A stretch of 64,000 bases of DNA, taken from contig OX597815.1 in assembly GCA_951406725.2 (NCBI GenBank), positions 100,936,001 through 101,000,000 on the forward strand, in the 5' to 3' direction. The stretch comes from Octopus vulgaris. Taxonomy: Eukaryota. The notes below the pieces were generated by a model. The model worked only from the letters and a program-made list of their open reading frames with translations, had not been told where the DNA came from and made no database searches. Each line of letters starts with the position of its first letter. Position 1 is the first letter of the stretch. This document shows positions 47,862 through 61,556 of this stretch, one piece after another. The position numbers and the translations under genes are program-made.

Positions 47862-50262
47862 GACAGGCTTCTTTCAGTTTCTGTCTGCCAAATCCATTCA
47901 CAAGGCTTTGGTCGGCCCGAGGTAGAAGATTGCCCAAAGTGTTACTCAATAGGGCTGAACGTGGGGACATGTAGTCGGGAAGTCACGCCTGCAAATCGTT
48001 AATAAAAACATACAATTCATATTTGGTAAATTCAATAAGCTTATGTTTCTGTATAAATTCAACTTCTTTTGAACATTTTCATTTGGCAACACAGCGTGTA
48101 AAACATCAAACCACTTGATTGACTTCAAATTTTGACACAAGCCCAGCAATTTAAGAGTAGAGGATAAGTCGATGACACTGACCCCAGTGTGCAACTGGTA
48201 AGGAAGTCTTTCCTACCTGAGGTACACAAAAAGATTTTCTTTTATATATTTTTTGTTTACATGCATTTCAGTAATATTACAGAGTACAAACATATAAAGA
48301 GAAAACAAACTCAATTACACAACCAGACCCATGCACTTTATCAAATGAAAAAGTAATTTTTACAAGCGAAAACAATAGTTTTCAGGACACGAAGACATTA
48401 CCAACATGTCTTTTGCTACCATTTTGCAAGAGGGAACTGTCAGAAGTTAGCAGCCAGTAAAAAATGTGAGTGGTAAGTCACTAAAGCAAGTGCTTCTTTA
48501 ACTGAGGGAATAACCGAAGAACAGGTAAAACCTGCTTCAATTATTCTCATAAGACCAGTTGAATGAGGCTCTAGATGACGTATAGAACGAGGTTTCTTCT
48601 CTTGGTCGGGCAGGTCAAATGAGTCTGGTTTTCAGGACCAAGGAAACAGGCAGTACTAGTGCATTACACACATGCCCACCTGTCTGTGTACCAATCCATG
48701 AGATAATGCAGCAGTGTCACGGCAAAGAAAATTAGTTGCGACAGTGATCTTAGCTTCTAATCTTCATGGCATGGTGTGAGCAGGTGGTGAGCTCCGTGAT
48801 ATCAGGGACGATATGTTGTCCGGTGAGGTCTACATGTACATGTTGTTGTTGATGAACCTCGATGACCCTCGAAGAGCTTAAAGTAATCCAAGTGCTGCAT
48901 TTCATACCGGGTGCAGAGAGAAAGGCATTTAGACTATATAGTGGTGTAGGGTAAAAGGTCTAGCTGTTTATACGCGTTGTGGTTAGAGCCAATTGAAAGC
49001 TTTCTGCCGAAAGGAACTAAAAAAACAATGGAAGAAACTGGGCAACGACAGATACAGTAATAACACTAGCACAAAGAACTGAGGAGAAAAAAATAGAGCC
49101 AGAATTTAAAATAAAATAAAAAAAATATAGATGATAGACTGTTTGGTCAAAACCTCACCGATGGTCTAGCATTGTCTGAAAATGGAATGCGCAGAAGAGG
49201 ATGTCCAGAGAATCTTCTGGATGTACAAGGTTTCAGTACGAGGCTGAGAAGGTAATGGAGATTGTAAGAGGCTCCGATCCAACCTAAATGGTAGCTTCTC
49301 GTGCGTTTGTGTGCGCGCTGCTCTTATTTACATTGTTTTCATTTATTCATCTTTTAATTATGAATGCGTGCGCAGGAACATACACACACACACATACATA
49401 CATATATATATATATATATGTACTCACTACATATGAGTAACTGGTTCTAATTTAGGCACTAGGCCAGCAATTTTGAGATTGAAGGGAAGGGATTAGTCCA
49501 TATCATCGACTTAGCTGGTACTTTATTTTATCGGCCTATATGATCAGAGGGACATGACCAAGAAGGTAAACTGAAAGGACAGCAATGAGAGATGGTCTAG
49601 GTAGACTGGGCAAAAAGAAGTGAGAGCACTGATTAAAGTGACAGGTCGCTAGAAGAGGTAGAAATGGATTTGAACATAGAATCGGAAGAAATACTGCAAA
49701 GCATTTTGTCTGATGCTCTAAGGACTGCCAGTTCACTGCCGTTTTGGGTAGTTGAAAATACAATTAATGCGTCTTAATACATTGTTAATGACTCTTGTTT
49801 TCACAAATTTGTATCACGCGATTTGTATGAATATATGAATAGGTACTAATTGTAAGATAAACCAAAGATGATTTCTTTTATTAGCCACAAAGGCTTGAGA
49901 TGTTGGGGATATTACCAAGACAAAATATAAAGTAGTGGGAGAAGTTCATCAAGTAAAAAAAAAAATGAAAATAAAAACCAAAAACATCAATACATAAAAT
50001 GTCAACAAGAAAAGATTCCCAATAAAAACCACATACGTTAATACGGTGGAAATCCAACACAAAATCCAGGTTTACACTGATGCAGCGAAGGATTATCCTC
50101 AGTCACTCTCGTTTCCTATTTAGCAGCTAAGTAATAAGTGGTAATCAATATAAGGATATCTTAACAGGCAGCTGATGTCACCTTTAAGTTTTTTCGTTTA
50201 TCTTTATAAGGAAAATTATTGAATGAACTTTTAAAGAATCGCCCAACCATGTAGAGGTTGAA

Positions 50263-51417
50263 TCATAAAACAGGATTTTTTTTAAAGCAACCGCAGATTA
50301 GGAAGATTATAATTACATATAATAAAGCGTCATGGGTAGAAATATTTTTAAAAACTAATATCTTTTCAACTTTGCATTTATCCTGGAATATTGAAACATA
50401 TCTCTTAAAAGGTTCGAACATTTTTAGAATTTCCATATTTTTAGTGTAGTCACAACTTGAACTTGATTTACTTCCAAACACATACATAAGGATTTGAAAT
50501 GTGGAAATTGTTTGGTTTTGCGGATATTTTTCAAGAATTTCTTTAAAAACTTCTTCTTTAGGAAAGTTTTGTAACATAAATTTATGAAATTTTGTTTTAT
50601 CAAAATCATGTGTGGCAAATAGCCACATTAATTTTTCACATGAGTAATATTTTTTATCAGAATCAGGCTTAATTACTATCCATTCTAAGGGAAAGACTAA
50701 CCTGGAATCGTAATGATATTTAGCAGCTGATGGTAAATATTGAAAGGCAAACTCAACAGGAGCATTTTTTAGTAATTCTACTGCCATATCACTTAAGTCT
50801 TTTTTAGTAAGATCAACAAATACTTCTTTATCGTACTCTTTAAGTGAACAAAAATTTCCAAGATAATCGAAGAATCGTTCGGGAGTGTGTTTCATTTGCC
50901 ACCCAAACACTCTCAGTTGTTTTTCAGTTTTACCGTCTTTGAACTTCTTTTCAATCTCATCCAATTTCTTATATTTGTCACAAGTTTGCTGCGACCAGCA
51001 TCGAAAATCTTCTTCAATTTTCATACCACAACCATGTTTACCGATTTCGCGAAATATATTCACAATCTGCTCGACAGTTTTTTCGTCGCCTTCATGACTC
51101 ACCAAAATATAGTTTGTCAACATGATTTCCCCTAATCTTTTTATATCCATGCTGTTATCTCTCATTACACTATCAACAACATCCCACGAAAAATTCATGC
51201 GGATGCCAAGATTGATGATATCTTCGGTATCATTAAAGTATTCTGAAAGATTTTGTAAACGATATTTATCGAAGAATCCAACACATCTAAGATAGGTAGC
51301 ACTTACTTTATGGTAGCTCCAGAAAATGTTACTCATTTCCATCAACGATTCGGGATGAGTTTGCCAATACCTATGGCGAAATTGTTCCAAAGAAATAACA
51401 CACCTCTCGCTGGTCAT
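50263..51417 (-). CDS. Intronless 384-aa ORF; death-domain-like N-terminal region and C-terminal hydrophobic segment
   Basis: ATG-to-TGA ORF of 1155 bp in AT-rich, non-repetitive DNA; residues ~49-137 follow the death-fold pattern; ALLYVIIIFLICGCF-KK at the end. Confidence 0.7.
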   Translation of the reverse strand: MTSERCVISLEQFRHRYWQTHPESLMEMSNIFWSYHKVSATYLRCVGFFDKYRLQNLSEYFNDTEDIINLGIRMNFSWDVVDSVMRDNSMDIKRLGEIMLTNYILVSHEGDEKTVEQIVNIFREIGKHGCGMKIEEDFRCWSQQTCDKYKKLDEIEKKFKDGKTEKQLRVFGWQMKHTPERFFDYLGNFCSLKEYDKEVFVDLTKKDLSDMAVELLKNAPVEFAFQYLPSAAKYHYDSRLVFPLEWIVIKPDSDKKYYSCEKLMWLFATHDFDKTKFHKFMLQNFPKEEVFKEILEKYPQNQTISTFQILMYVFGSKSSSSCDYTKNMEILKMFEPFKRYVSIFQDKCKVEKILVFKNISTHDALLYVIIIFLICGCFKKNPVL

Positions 51418-52739
51418 TATTAAAGATTAATAAATTAATAATAATTTAAAAAAAGTTATATATTAATTCAAATGTATTTAGAAATTTCAAATACAAAATA
51501 GTTTTTGTTGTGGTTTTAAACATAAACCTATGAAAAATACTAAACTGCGATAGATTAGTATGACATTCACAAAAATTAGAGCTGGTAAAAGATATTGGTC
51601 ATTATTTTTCTTTGGGTTTTATCTTTCTTTTATCGAAGTAAATTGTTCTTCACTGGATGATATCACAACGCAATTCAGCAAGTGGACTGCGCGACACTAG
51701 GTTGATGTCCCAAGTGTTATAGAAGAAATGCAGTTATCTCCCCTTGACACTTGTATTAAGTGTGTGAGACATACACACATTCATGTACGCTCACACGCAC
51801 GCGTCCTGAGAGGTGGAATTAACATGTGGTAGCCGACAAGAAGCATAAGAGCTTTAAAGAGCGCATTGCAAGGCCTTTGCCTAAACTAAACTGAACAGAT
51901 GGATAATAGTGATTGCTGAGGCTGCAGCGGAAGTCACTTCCAAAATTATAGATTTTAGAATTTAAAAAAAAAATAAGAGTCTCTTATTGTTTTTAATTAC
52001 TTAATGCTAATAAAAAAATCTGAAAAATAAATAGTGTATGTGTTCATGCATAATGTACATAAATGGATACATACGGCGAGGTGAAGGGGTTTAAAAAAAT
52101 CATATATTTTCAAAAATGTTTCCATGAAAAGCTAACTGTATGGTGAAGAAGGAAAATGAAAGATCCCCTTTCGAAACGGAATAGGCGACCTGTTCCAGAC
52201 CTCCGAACAAATATTTTCTTTTAAAAACATTGCAGAGTTCCAGTTCGAAAGCATTAAATCTTTGGCATAGTTTCGGTTGTAGTAGCACAGATTTCGAAAC
52301 TTCGCCTCTTTCTTTGAATGTATAAGATAAATAGATAAATAAATAAAATACAAATAAAAAAGTTCTGAAAATGTATATGTATATAACAGAAATCCGGTTA
52401 GTTAGATATATTGTTATGCGTAATTATGTTCACTGGAAGCATATATATATATGTGTGTGTGTGTGTGTAAGTATATATATATATGTGAGTTTGTGTGTGG
52501 TTATACACACATAGACATGCATAGGAATATCTATTTACTAATACACAAACACAAGCATACACACCAACGATCGCGTATTTCCCCTAATCTATTTATAGCG
52601 AATTTGTTTTTGTCAAGGCTATGATCTATTAACATCGAGGAAACGTTGCTAGCAAAAATTAAAATGTCTTCGGAACTATTACAGAGTTTTAAAATTTTTC
52701 GTTGGCGACATTTAACAAAAAACTCAGCACATCTAAGAT

Positions 52740-52895
52740 GTGAATGTGGAGCAAGGAGCTTGCTTCACAACCACATGGTTCCTGGTTCAGTCCCACTGCA
52801 TGTCAACTTGGACAAGAGTCTTCTGCTATAGTCACAGGCCGATCAAAGCCTTATGAATGAATTTTTGGTAGACAGAAACTAAAGAAGTCTGTAAT
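52740..52895 (+). mobile_element. CORE-like SINE 5' half
   Basis: CAACCACATGGTTCCTGGTTCAGTCCCACTGC matches the 32744 family. Confidence 0.7.
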
Positions 52896-53012
52896 ATCTT
52901 GTCAAATATATATATATATATAAGGTTAATCCAAACGGGAAAACAGAAAAAACAACAACACGTGGAACAATTAAAGTATTATTATTAGGCGCTCAGGAAA
53001 AAGGGAAGAAGG

Positions 53013-53114
<102 letters not shown>

Positions 53115-53133
53115 ATATATATGTATGTATATG

Positions 53134-53190
<57 letters not shown>

Positions 53191-53258
53191 GTATATGTAT
53201 ATATATATGTATATATATGTATATATATATGTATGTATATGTATATATATAATATATA

Positions 53259-53319
<61 letters not shown>

Positions 53320-53804
53320 GTATATATTCTAACGAATTTTTCCACCGTCTAGGCTTAAAAAATAGCCCTTATTGTTGGTTTCCTTGTCCTGTCTTTTACT
53401 GTTTTTATCTTTATTTGTACTGTTTTTTTTCTTCATTTGTATTCCTTTTACGTCCTGTTCTTGTCACTTTTTTTACCCCTACGCAAAAAATTTTTATTCA
53501 ATTCATTTTGCGGGAAGGATTGTTTCGGTCTGGCCGTGTTCTGCCCTTACCTTCGAAACACGCATTGAGTCGAAACAGGGGCAGCTGATGAAGGGGAATG
53601 TTCCTTGTATTGTTTGTCTTGTACTCTGTTTTTTCGTTGTTAAAAAAAGTCCGTTTCCTTGTTTGATTTTATGTTTTCGTTTCTCGTTGTGTTCTACGTT
53701 TATTTGTGGTGTCCTGTACTCATAAATGCATGTATATATACATATAGATGTAGGTATGTACATATATGTATGTATGTATGCATATGTTTTATTTATTAAA
53801 TTAT

Positions 53805-53839
<35 letters not shown>

Positions 53840-54195
53840 GTGTGTGTGCATGTATGTGTGTATGTATGTATGTATGTATATAAATAAACTAGAGAAAAAC
53901 TACTATTACGCAATTCAAACAATGATAGACATAAACCAAATCATAAATAAAAAATAAATATATTTTAACACATAACTAGATCTCAAAAAGTCCAAAAATG
54001 AATAAACAATATATAAGTAAAACGACTACGTACGTTTCATTTAAATTCGAATTTCAATTAAATTTAAATCTTGATAACCAGTGTTGGCGTGTTTATGTCA
54101 CTGTAACTTAGCAGTTCGGCTAAACAGACCGATAGAATAGATAACAGGCTTTAAAAAAAAAAACAGGTCTCACGTGCGCGCGCGCGCACACACAC

Positions 54196-54244
<49 letters not shown>

Positions 54245-54439
54245 CACACACTCTCGTACACCCGAAACATTCAATTGCACGATGTATATATTTATGTATG
54301 TGTATATGAAAGTTAATGCGTGTACGTGAGTGGGTAACTACAGATACATAAAGCTGAATACGCTCGCATACCCCCCCCCCACACACACACACACAAACGT
54401 ATACCCATTATCTTTCATATACACGTACATGCATAAATA

Positions 54440-56786
54440 GGATCTTTTCCTGTGGCTCGGCAGGTCGATAAATTATTTTTTTTTTAACTAAACACTTTCA
54501 AACTTCGGATACTGGTAGAATATGTCATATAGAACATCTTTTACTCTTAGCGTTGTTGAGAAAAGTTTCTCTTTACGAAGTTATTTCGTGTTAAAATTGT
54601 CGTATTTCGGTAATTTCAACTAATCAATGACGTATATTCAGCTGAATTAAATTACTGCTGTTGTTTATCAACAACAACTATCGGCGGTGTATATTTCATT
54701 TGTCACTGTTATTTATGACATCGTTCGTGCGTTTGTACAGGTTTTAGCTTTAGGATTTTAGGGTTAGGGTTAGGGTTAGGTGTTTATAAGCCATTTAAGA
54801 AACACACAAAATCCGTTAGAATCACTCTAACATTTAAATTTAATTTGCCAAAATAGTTTCGTCGTTTTGAGATCGCGACCAGTTCACTGACAAAATCCCG
54901 TGCTGCAGCTTTTTGGTATTGAACTGATGAGCTTTGCGATTGTCTCTTGTGGAATTTCTGCTCACTTTTCACGCAAAAATCGAAACAATTCATCATTAGA
55001 TTTAGGTTTCTGTCAAGTTTTTCGTATAACTCTATCTAGTATGCTCCAAAGATTTTCAATTGGGTTCATGTCAGGAGATTAGCTCGGCCAAGGAAGCTTT
55101 CTGATTCCATTTTCAGTCAGCCATTGTTGATTCCTTTTCGCTGTGTGGCATCGAGTCCAATCTTCCATGAATAAAAACTGTTTTCGTTATGTTATCGTGT
55201 GAATACATCGGAAGTAGTCAACAATTAAGAAAAAAAATTAGGGTTAGGGTTAGGTTGAGGGTTAGTGACAGGATGTTGTCTCAGTTTTAGACGCAGCAAA
55301 TGATTTTAGCTCAAAAGAGAGCATAGGATTGGTTAAACTTCGAAAAATTAAACTACGTTAAACAAACAAATTACAATTTTCTCAATAAAGCCAAGAGAAA
55401 AAAATGTTTTATTATGACACATTCTACCAATATACGAAGTTTTAAAGTGTTTAGTTAACTAGAAATTGTCTGCCGTTCAAAAGGAAAAGATCCCTCAGCC
55501 GTGTTCCAGTTCCAGCGACAGACAACCAGCCATGCTTCTGCTTCAGCTATGACGACGCCAATGTACACCAGCAGCGTAGGACGTCTCCACCACTGTCGCC
55601 ATTACTACCGTCAACTTCAAATATGTACACATCAACATCGACCAGGTTTTAAAACTCCATGCTGTTTGTGAATATTTCACCGAGGTAAAATAGCTACAGT
55701 CTACCTGAAAGAATTTTCTGTATCAAGAGACTCGACACAGCATTGAAACCCCAACCGCTGCACATGTGCCCAACCGGCCTCTGTCTCGTGTCCACAACAT
55801 CTTGTTATAGAATTTGCTATCGTGTACCTCACTTACGAACTGGTAAAGAAATTCCATCTTAACTCAATATGCTGAAAAACGTTTTAAAGGAGGCATTTGT
55901 CACCAACTCCTTACGTACGGTCGTATTACCTACACGTCCACTGTCTGAAAATAATGCAAATCTGGATTCATCTGAGAAAATGAACTGGATTTTTCTGACA
56001 TCTCCTAAGCCAATTTCTTTCTTTTCATGATATTAATTGGTTGAAGGAGAGGTTTTCTTCTAGCTGTTCGTCCATAACACCGAAGTTTATGCAGATATGT
56101 AACACACGTTCTTGGATTAACTTCTACCTGTTTTGCAATGTCAGAAGCCTTTGAACGGGGTTCGTCTTCCACAATTCTCTTCAAACAGTGAAGCCTCATT
56201 TCCAAGGGTCCAGGTCAGCCGGGACAAGAATTTGTTGATTCTTTTCCTTGGCTTTTGAATTGCACTATAATTCTATTAACAGTAGCAAGAGGAATTTGAA
56301 GATTTTCGGCAATTTTTCGCTGGCTAAGACCAGCCTCAGATTGCCCAATCTAACAGTTCTGCTGAATTTTTTGTGCCGTGGCATGGTTGCTCTTCGCAAA
56401 TGTTTAATATAATGACACCTGGAATGAAAAAGAATAATTACGTTGCAAATTCTACACCGCTGAAAACACGGAAATTTTGAAAATTAAAGGTGTCTATTTA
56501 CTTCCTGCATGTCTGTGTAAATACATAAAGCTGAATACGCTCGCGCGCACTCACAATGGCGAAGGTAAAGAATACACACACCACCCGTTTTCAACGTAAT
56601 CCTAACCCTAAACACCGGGTGTGCGTATTGTTTACCTTCGCCCCCACAGTGTATGTATTTATGGGGTCTTTTCCTTTTGAATAAAAGTTGTTCTATATGA
56701 CACATTCTACCAGTATCCGAAGTTTGAAAGTATTTAGTTAACAAAAATAATAATTTATCGACCTGCCGATCAAAAGCAAAAGATCC
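54440..56786. mobile_element. Composite element with ~110-bp terminal inverted repeats (GGATCTTTT...) and internal TTAGGG repeats
   Basis: Left end at 54440 is the inverse of right ends at 55493 and 56786; (TTAGGG)n at 54758-54780 and 55238-55265. Confidence 0.75.
54880..56519 (-). mobile_element. Fragmented Tc1-family transposon
   Basis: ATG at 56384; [36 protein letters not shown]; C-terminal WPS*SPDMNPIENLW near 55050-55095; Tc1-like terminus near 56519. Confidence 0.85.
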
Positions 56787-56793
56787 ATGAATA

Positions 56794-57129
56794 TCTCTCT
56801 CTATATAAACGGCAGTTTGTCTGTCTGTGTGTCTGTGAGTCTGTCAGGTTGTACCCTCACCCTGACCACGGCTTTCAACCGATTCTGATGAAACTTGACA
56901 CACACATAGCCCAATGTCATAATTCAAAACTAACGCAGCGAAAATTTTGAAAAGTTCCCCCAGTTCTGAAAAAGAACGATAAATTCGACATGGGGTCGAG
57001 AATCTAAGCTTTTTATATGCAACACATTGTCTTGCAATCTTTTCAATAGTCGTTCACTCTGTCCGTTATCAGACCTGCGTTCTTTTTGTTCGTGCCCATG
57101 TGTGTGCGTTAGTGTACATGTCTATATAC

Positions 57130-57160
<31 letters not shown>

Positions 57161-57889
57161 TGTATATGTATGTATGAAAGTGTATGTGTGTATGCGTATG
57201 TATATGTATGCGTGTGTACGTCTGCATGTATACATGTATTCTGCATATTCATGTTTGAGTGTTTATGTGTATGGTTTTGTGTGACTATGTATGTGCGTCT
57301 GTTATGTATGTATGTGTGCCTCCATATGTGTCCTTGTGTGTGTGTGTGTGTGTGTGTATGTGTGTGTGAAGTGTGTGTGTATATGGTCGTGTGTTTCAGT
57401 CTTCAGTTGTGTGTGTGTGTGTGCTTGTCTGTGTTACCCATGTACCCATCTATTTGTTTATCTATCCGTTTACTTTCATATCCATTTACGTGCGTATACA
57501 CACACATACACATATATATCTCTCTATATATAAACGGCAGTTTGTCTGTGTGTGTTTCTGTGTGTCTGTTAGGTTGTACCCTCACCCTGACCACGGCTTT
57601 CAACCGATTCTGATGAAACTTGACACACACATAGCCCAATGTCATAATTCAAAACTAACGCAGCGAAAATTTTGAAAAGTTCCCCCAGTTCTGAAAAAAA
57701 TCGATAAATTCGACATGGGGTCGAGAATCAGAAACACAAACCACAGACTGTCTAGGGGACGCAACTCGACCGTTTTAACTAAAAAAATTTACCATCATTT
57801 TTTTTCCCCATTTTTTGGCTATAACTCTCTAAAAATGCTTTATAGTTATTTCCCTTACAAATCCGAGCAACGCCGGGCGATACTGCTAG
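56794..57889 (+). mobile_element. Non-autonomous Helitron (57519-57889) with an upstream partial 5' duplicate (56794-57005)
   Basis: Two near-identical TCTCTCT..ATATAAACGGCAGTTTGTCTG starts; 3' CCGAGCAACGCCGGG hairpin and CTAG|T. Confidence 0.85.
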
Positions 57890-57893
57890 TACG

Positions 57894-58872
57894 TCTATAT
57901 AATAGCTTACTAAGAACTCTACCTGCGTGAATATAAACTGTGGGGATTGGGGTATGACTACTTTCTACGTATATTTCCTATTTAGTACTGTGGATGTTTC
58001 ATTTATGAGGACGTACTCCTGTATTTGTCTGAGTGTTGGGTCCTTCGGGTGCTTGGATAGAATGCGGATGTCAAGTTGACACAGTGTACGTCCTTGTTGG
58101 ACTTTGGCATGAGTATGAGGATAGGTTTTTGTCGTCATGTTGTTTCAAATGTTCATTTAGTCTTTCCGCAATGCTTCTACCACAAAAGAATGCTATACAT
58201 CGGGCACGCAACGCTGCATGCACTTCTGCTACGAGGGCCGAAAAATCCCCAGAAGAGAGTACTATCCGTCAGGCACGCAACGCTGCATCCACTTCTGCCG
58301 CAATGTTGGTAGATGACGATAACCATCGGATGATGAGACTTCAGTTTAATGTTCACTGGAAGGGTCTTGCCCACAGCTATTGGAAGCCATCGAGTAGTCG
58401 ATGGACATCAAAGGCGCCCAACTATGATCCTGCCAAGGATTATGCCACTCGTTGAGAGACTGTTACAGGGGTTATGTCTGTAATATGTTCGTTTTGCAAG
58501 GCCTTCAAGTGGTTGGAGAATCCAGTAGCTTATGCTGCTCAAACGGAAAGGTTTGCTTGCCTGACTTGCAAAACGCACCTCAGCCTTTCCTCTCTTTACC
58601 CCTTGGTCAACAACCTGATTAGCAGCAATTTATACAGAAAATTCGCGCTTGTAACTCTGCTTTCCAGATGACATGATTCGGTCACAAACCCATTCATGAA
58701 GTCTCCTATATGTCAACGTTCAAAATTCGGGGCCAAACCTATCATCGGATAGGCTATATTCTTCCTATCAAAAACGCTAAACAGCTCGCTGAGCTCAGGT
58801 GGCACCTGAAACAAAGTGAAAAAATACCACCAAAGCAACTTGAACCGTCGAAAGGACGGGTGCATTTGCTAG
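57894..58872 (+). mobile_element. Helitron deletion derivative retaining the RepHel N-terminus
   Basis: YDPAKDY..MSVICSFCKAFKW/GESSSLCCSNGKV; NSAFQMT*FG; MSTFKIRGQTYHRIG; hairpin CCGTCGAAAGGACGG and CTAG|T. Confidence 0.88.
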
Positions 58873-58874
58873 TA

Positions 58875-59960
58875 GTATATATAAATCACAGTATGTGTGT
58901 GTATAATGACTAAGGCATACATTTCCACTATTCTTAACCGATTTTCTCCAAACTCTACATCACTTATGTCCCAAGGATGGTCATGCACTATAACATTTTG
59001 ACCAGAGCTTCCGCGTAAATGGATGTAAATGGGCATAGTTATTTGTATGTAGGGTCTTCCATACTTTTAAATTAATAAAAAAATAAAAATGAAAAGATTT
59101 TGTCTATTTATTTCGACTGCCACCTGCGGCGGTTATTAAATTGACTAGGAACACTGAACGCATACATTTCCACATTTCTCAACCGATTTTCACCTAACTT
59201 TACATACACATTACTTGCACTATAACATTTTGCCCTGAGCTCCCGCGTAAATGGACGTAAATGGACATAGTTTTTTTTTGGGGGGGGGGGGGGGATGTAG
59301 GATCTTCTATACTTTTTGATTGTTTTATAAAGGTGAAAGGATTTTGTCTTTTTATACCTGCAACGCTGATTAAATTGACTCGGAACACTGTGCACGATGA
59401 ATGTCCAATACCAAACAATCTTAATTTCCTTATTTAAACTGCATTAAACTTTGGCAAGCTTACCATTACCTATTCTGAGTTACTTGAAAGGTGATGTTCT
59501 CTTCCCTCTCTTCTATTTGTTGATACCTTTGTTTACCTGCCAATGTATTGTTTCACTTTAAGGATGCTTATTGGATCTTTTCGGTTTGAACGGCATGTTG
59601 TTTCAAATGTTCATTTAGTCTTTCCGCAATGCTTCCACCACAAAATAATGCTATACGTCGGGCATGCAACGCTGCATGCACTTCTGCTACGAGGGCCGAA
59701 AACCCCCCAGAAGAGAGTGCTATCGGTCAGGCACGCAACGCTGCATCCACTTCTGCCGCAATGTTGGTAGATGACGATAACCATCGGATGATGAAACTTC
59801 AGTTTAATGTTCACTGGAAGGCTCTTGCCCATGGCTATTGGAAGCCAACGAGTAGTCACTGGGCATCATAGACGCCCCACTATGATCCTGCCAAGGATTA
59901 CGCCACTCATCGAGTGTCTGTTACAGGGGATATGTCTATAATATGTCCATTTCGCAAGAA
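58875..59960 (+). mobile_element. Further Helitron-related segment with a ~245-bp tandem duplication and a second RepHel N-terminal fragment
   Basis: About 58915-59160 is repeated at 59160-59395; 59594-59960 duplicates about 58135-58500. Confidence 0.7.
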
Positions 59961-61061
59961 AGATCAATCATTTTTTAACATTTCAAAAATATTTTTTTAA
60001 ACATTTTCATAATTGAAGCGTCTCTGACATTTTCTTGATGTTGTAAATTGACTGTAATAAACAAAAGAAAAAATCCTGTGCGAAGAACTTCTAACTAGAT
60101 ACTGTTGTAGAGAGTTAAATAGTTACTTTTGATAAAGTTTACCCTTGACTTTTCGTTATCAACATAGTGAAGGTAGGGCTGATGACATTACCATAAAGTC
60201 AAGAGCGGTTGTGTAGCAGATGCTTGTAAGCTGAAACAGGAACAAGCAGAGTGACTTGCTTTTATGAAAAAGTCAGTGATAGATTTCTTTCTATCTTTCT
60301 GAAATGATAGAAGGGAAAGAAGAGAAGATGTATGAAAGGAAGAAAAAAAATACGGAAAGAAAGTGAGAGAAATAGAATAAGAGAAAAGAGAAAGTGAAAG
60401 AGAGGGAAAGAAAAATGAAAGCGTGAAAGAGAGAAAGGAAAAGAGAGAGAGAGAGAAAGAGGAGGGAAAAGAATGTGAAAGAAGAGTGGAACAAAGAGAA
60501 AGAAGATGAAAAAGAGAAGAGAAAAGGGGGAAAGAAAGAAGGAGTAAGAAGAGGGAAGTGAGAGATTGAGAGGGAGGGAAGGAGAAAACGAGGAAGAGAG
60601 AAGGATGAGAAGGAAGAAAAAGGAAGAGTGGAAGAGAGTGAGGTGAGTGGTGGCGTGCGCATGTGTATGTATGTGTCTGGGCCATTGTGTCTTCTGCCCC
60701 ATGGCTTTTTTTTATATCTGCATAACAAAGCTGTTTGGAAGAACTAAAACCCCTATATTACATGGCTACAATCTAATGACTGAAACAAAAGATGAAAGAT
60801 AATATTGCCCCAGCATGGTTGCAGCCTGACGCAGTCTACAGAATGAAACAAGTGAAAGACGAATAGATAAAAAGGTAAGTGTGTGCGCTTGCGCTTGCGC
60901 ACGCGCGTGTGTAAACCGTATAAGTAAAAATCCCAGCTAGCTCTGAGGAGCACAAGGTTACATAATCGGACTGTTACTTAACACTCTGTTGAACCCCTAA
61001 TGCGAAACCCAATGGTAAGGTCGGCCGAACGGATACATAATATTGTACAGTTCGATTAATG

Positions 61062-61237
61062 CATACATACATACATGCATACATACATACATACATAAAT
61101 ACATACATACATACACACACACACACATACATACACACATACATACACACATACATACATACATACATACATACATACATACATACATACATACATACAT
61201 ACATACATACATACATACATACATACATACATACATA
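61062..61237. repeat. (CATA)n microsatellite
   Basis: Direct inspection. Confidence 0.95.
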
Positions 61238-61520
61238 GGAAAATAAAACAAGGTAGAAAATGCTAAAATAATTTTATCATGAAGAACATTTTAGCACCGG
61301 TTTCAGTCTTTGCAACTTTTTCAACTTGGAGTAAAGCATGAAAAACAATTAAATTGTGGAAAAATTAAATGAAATGTTTTTAAAAAATATTTCCATAGTT
61401 TTCAAATGCAAGGGACATTTTCTTTTTTTACTGTCTGTTTTTGTCACTCTTTTTAACTCTTGTGAGCTCTAGGTAGTTAGCAGCAACTAGTTTGATATGA
61501 ATTCTTGTCTTTGATTGTTT

Positions 61521-61556
<36 letters not shown>

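Noticed and set aside
53540-53605. Hammerhead-like GAAAC...GTC...CTGATGA
   Set aside because: I could not form canonical stems I and II around the core.
60188-60728. S/L/F-rich membrane-protein-like ORFs
   Set aside because: Translations of a purine/pyrimidine low-complexity tract.
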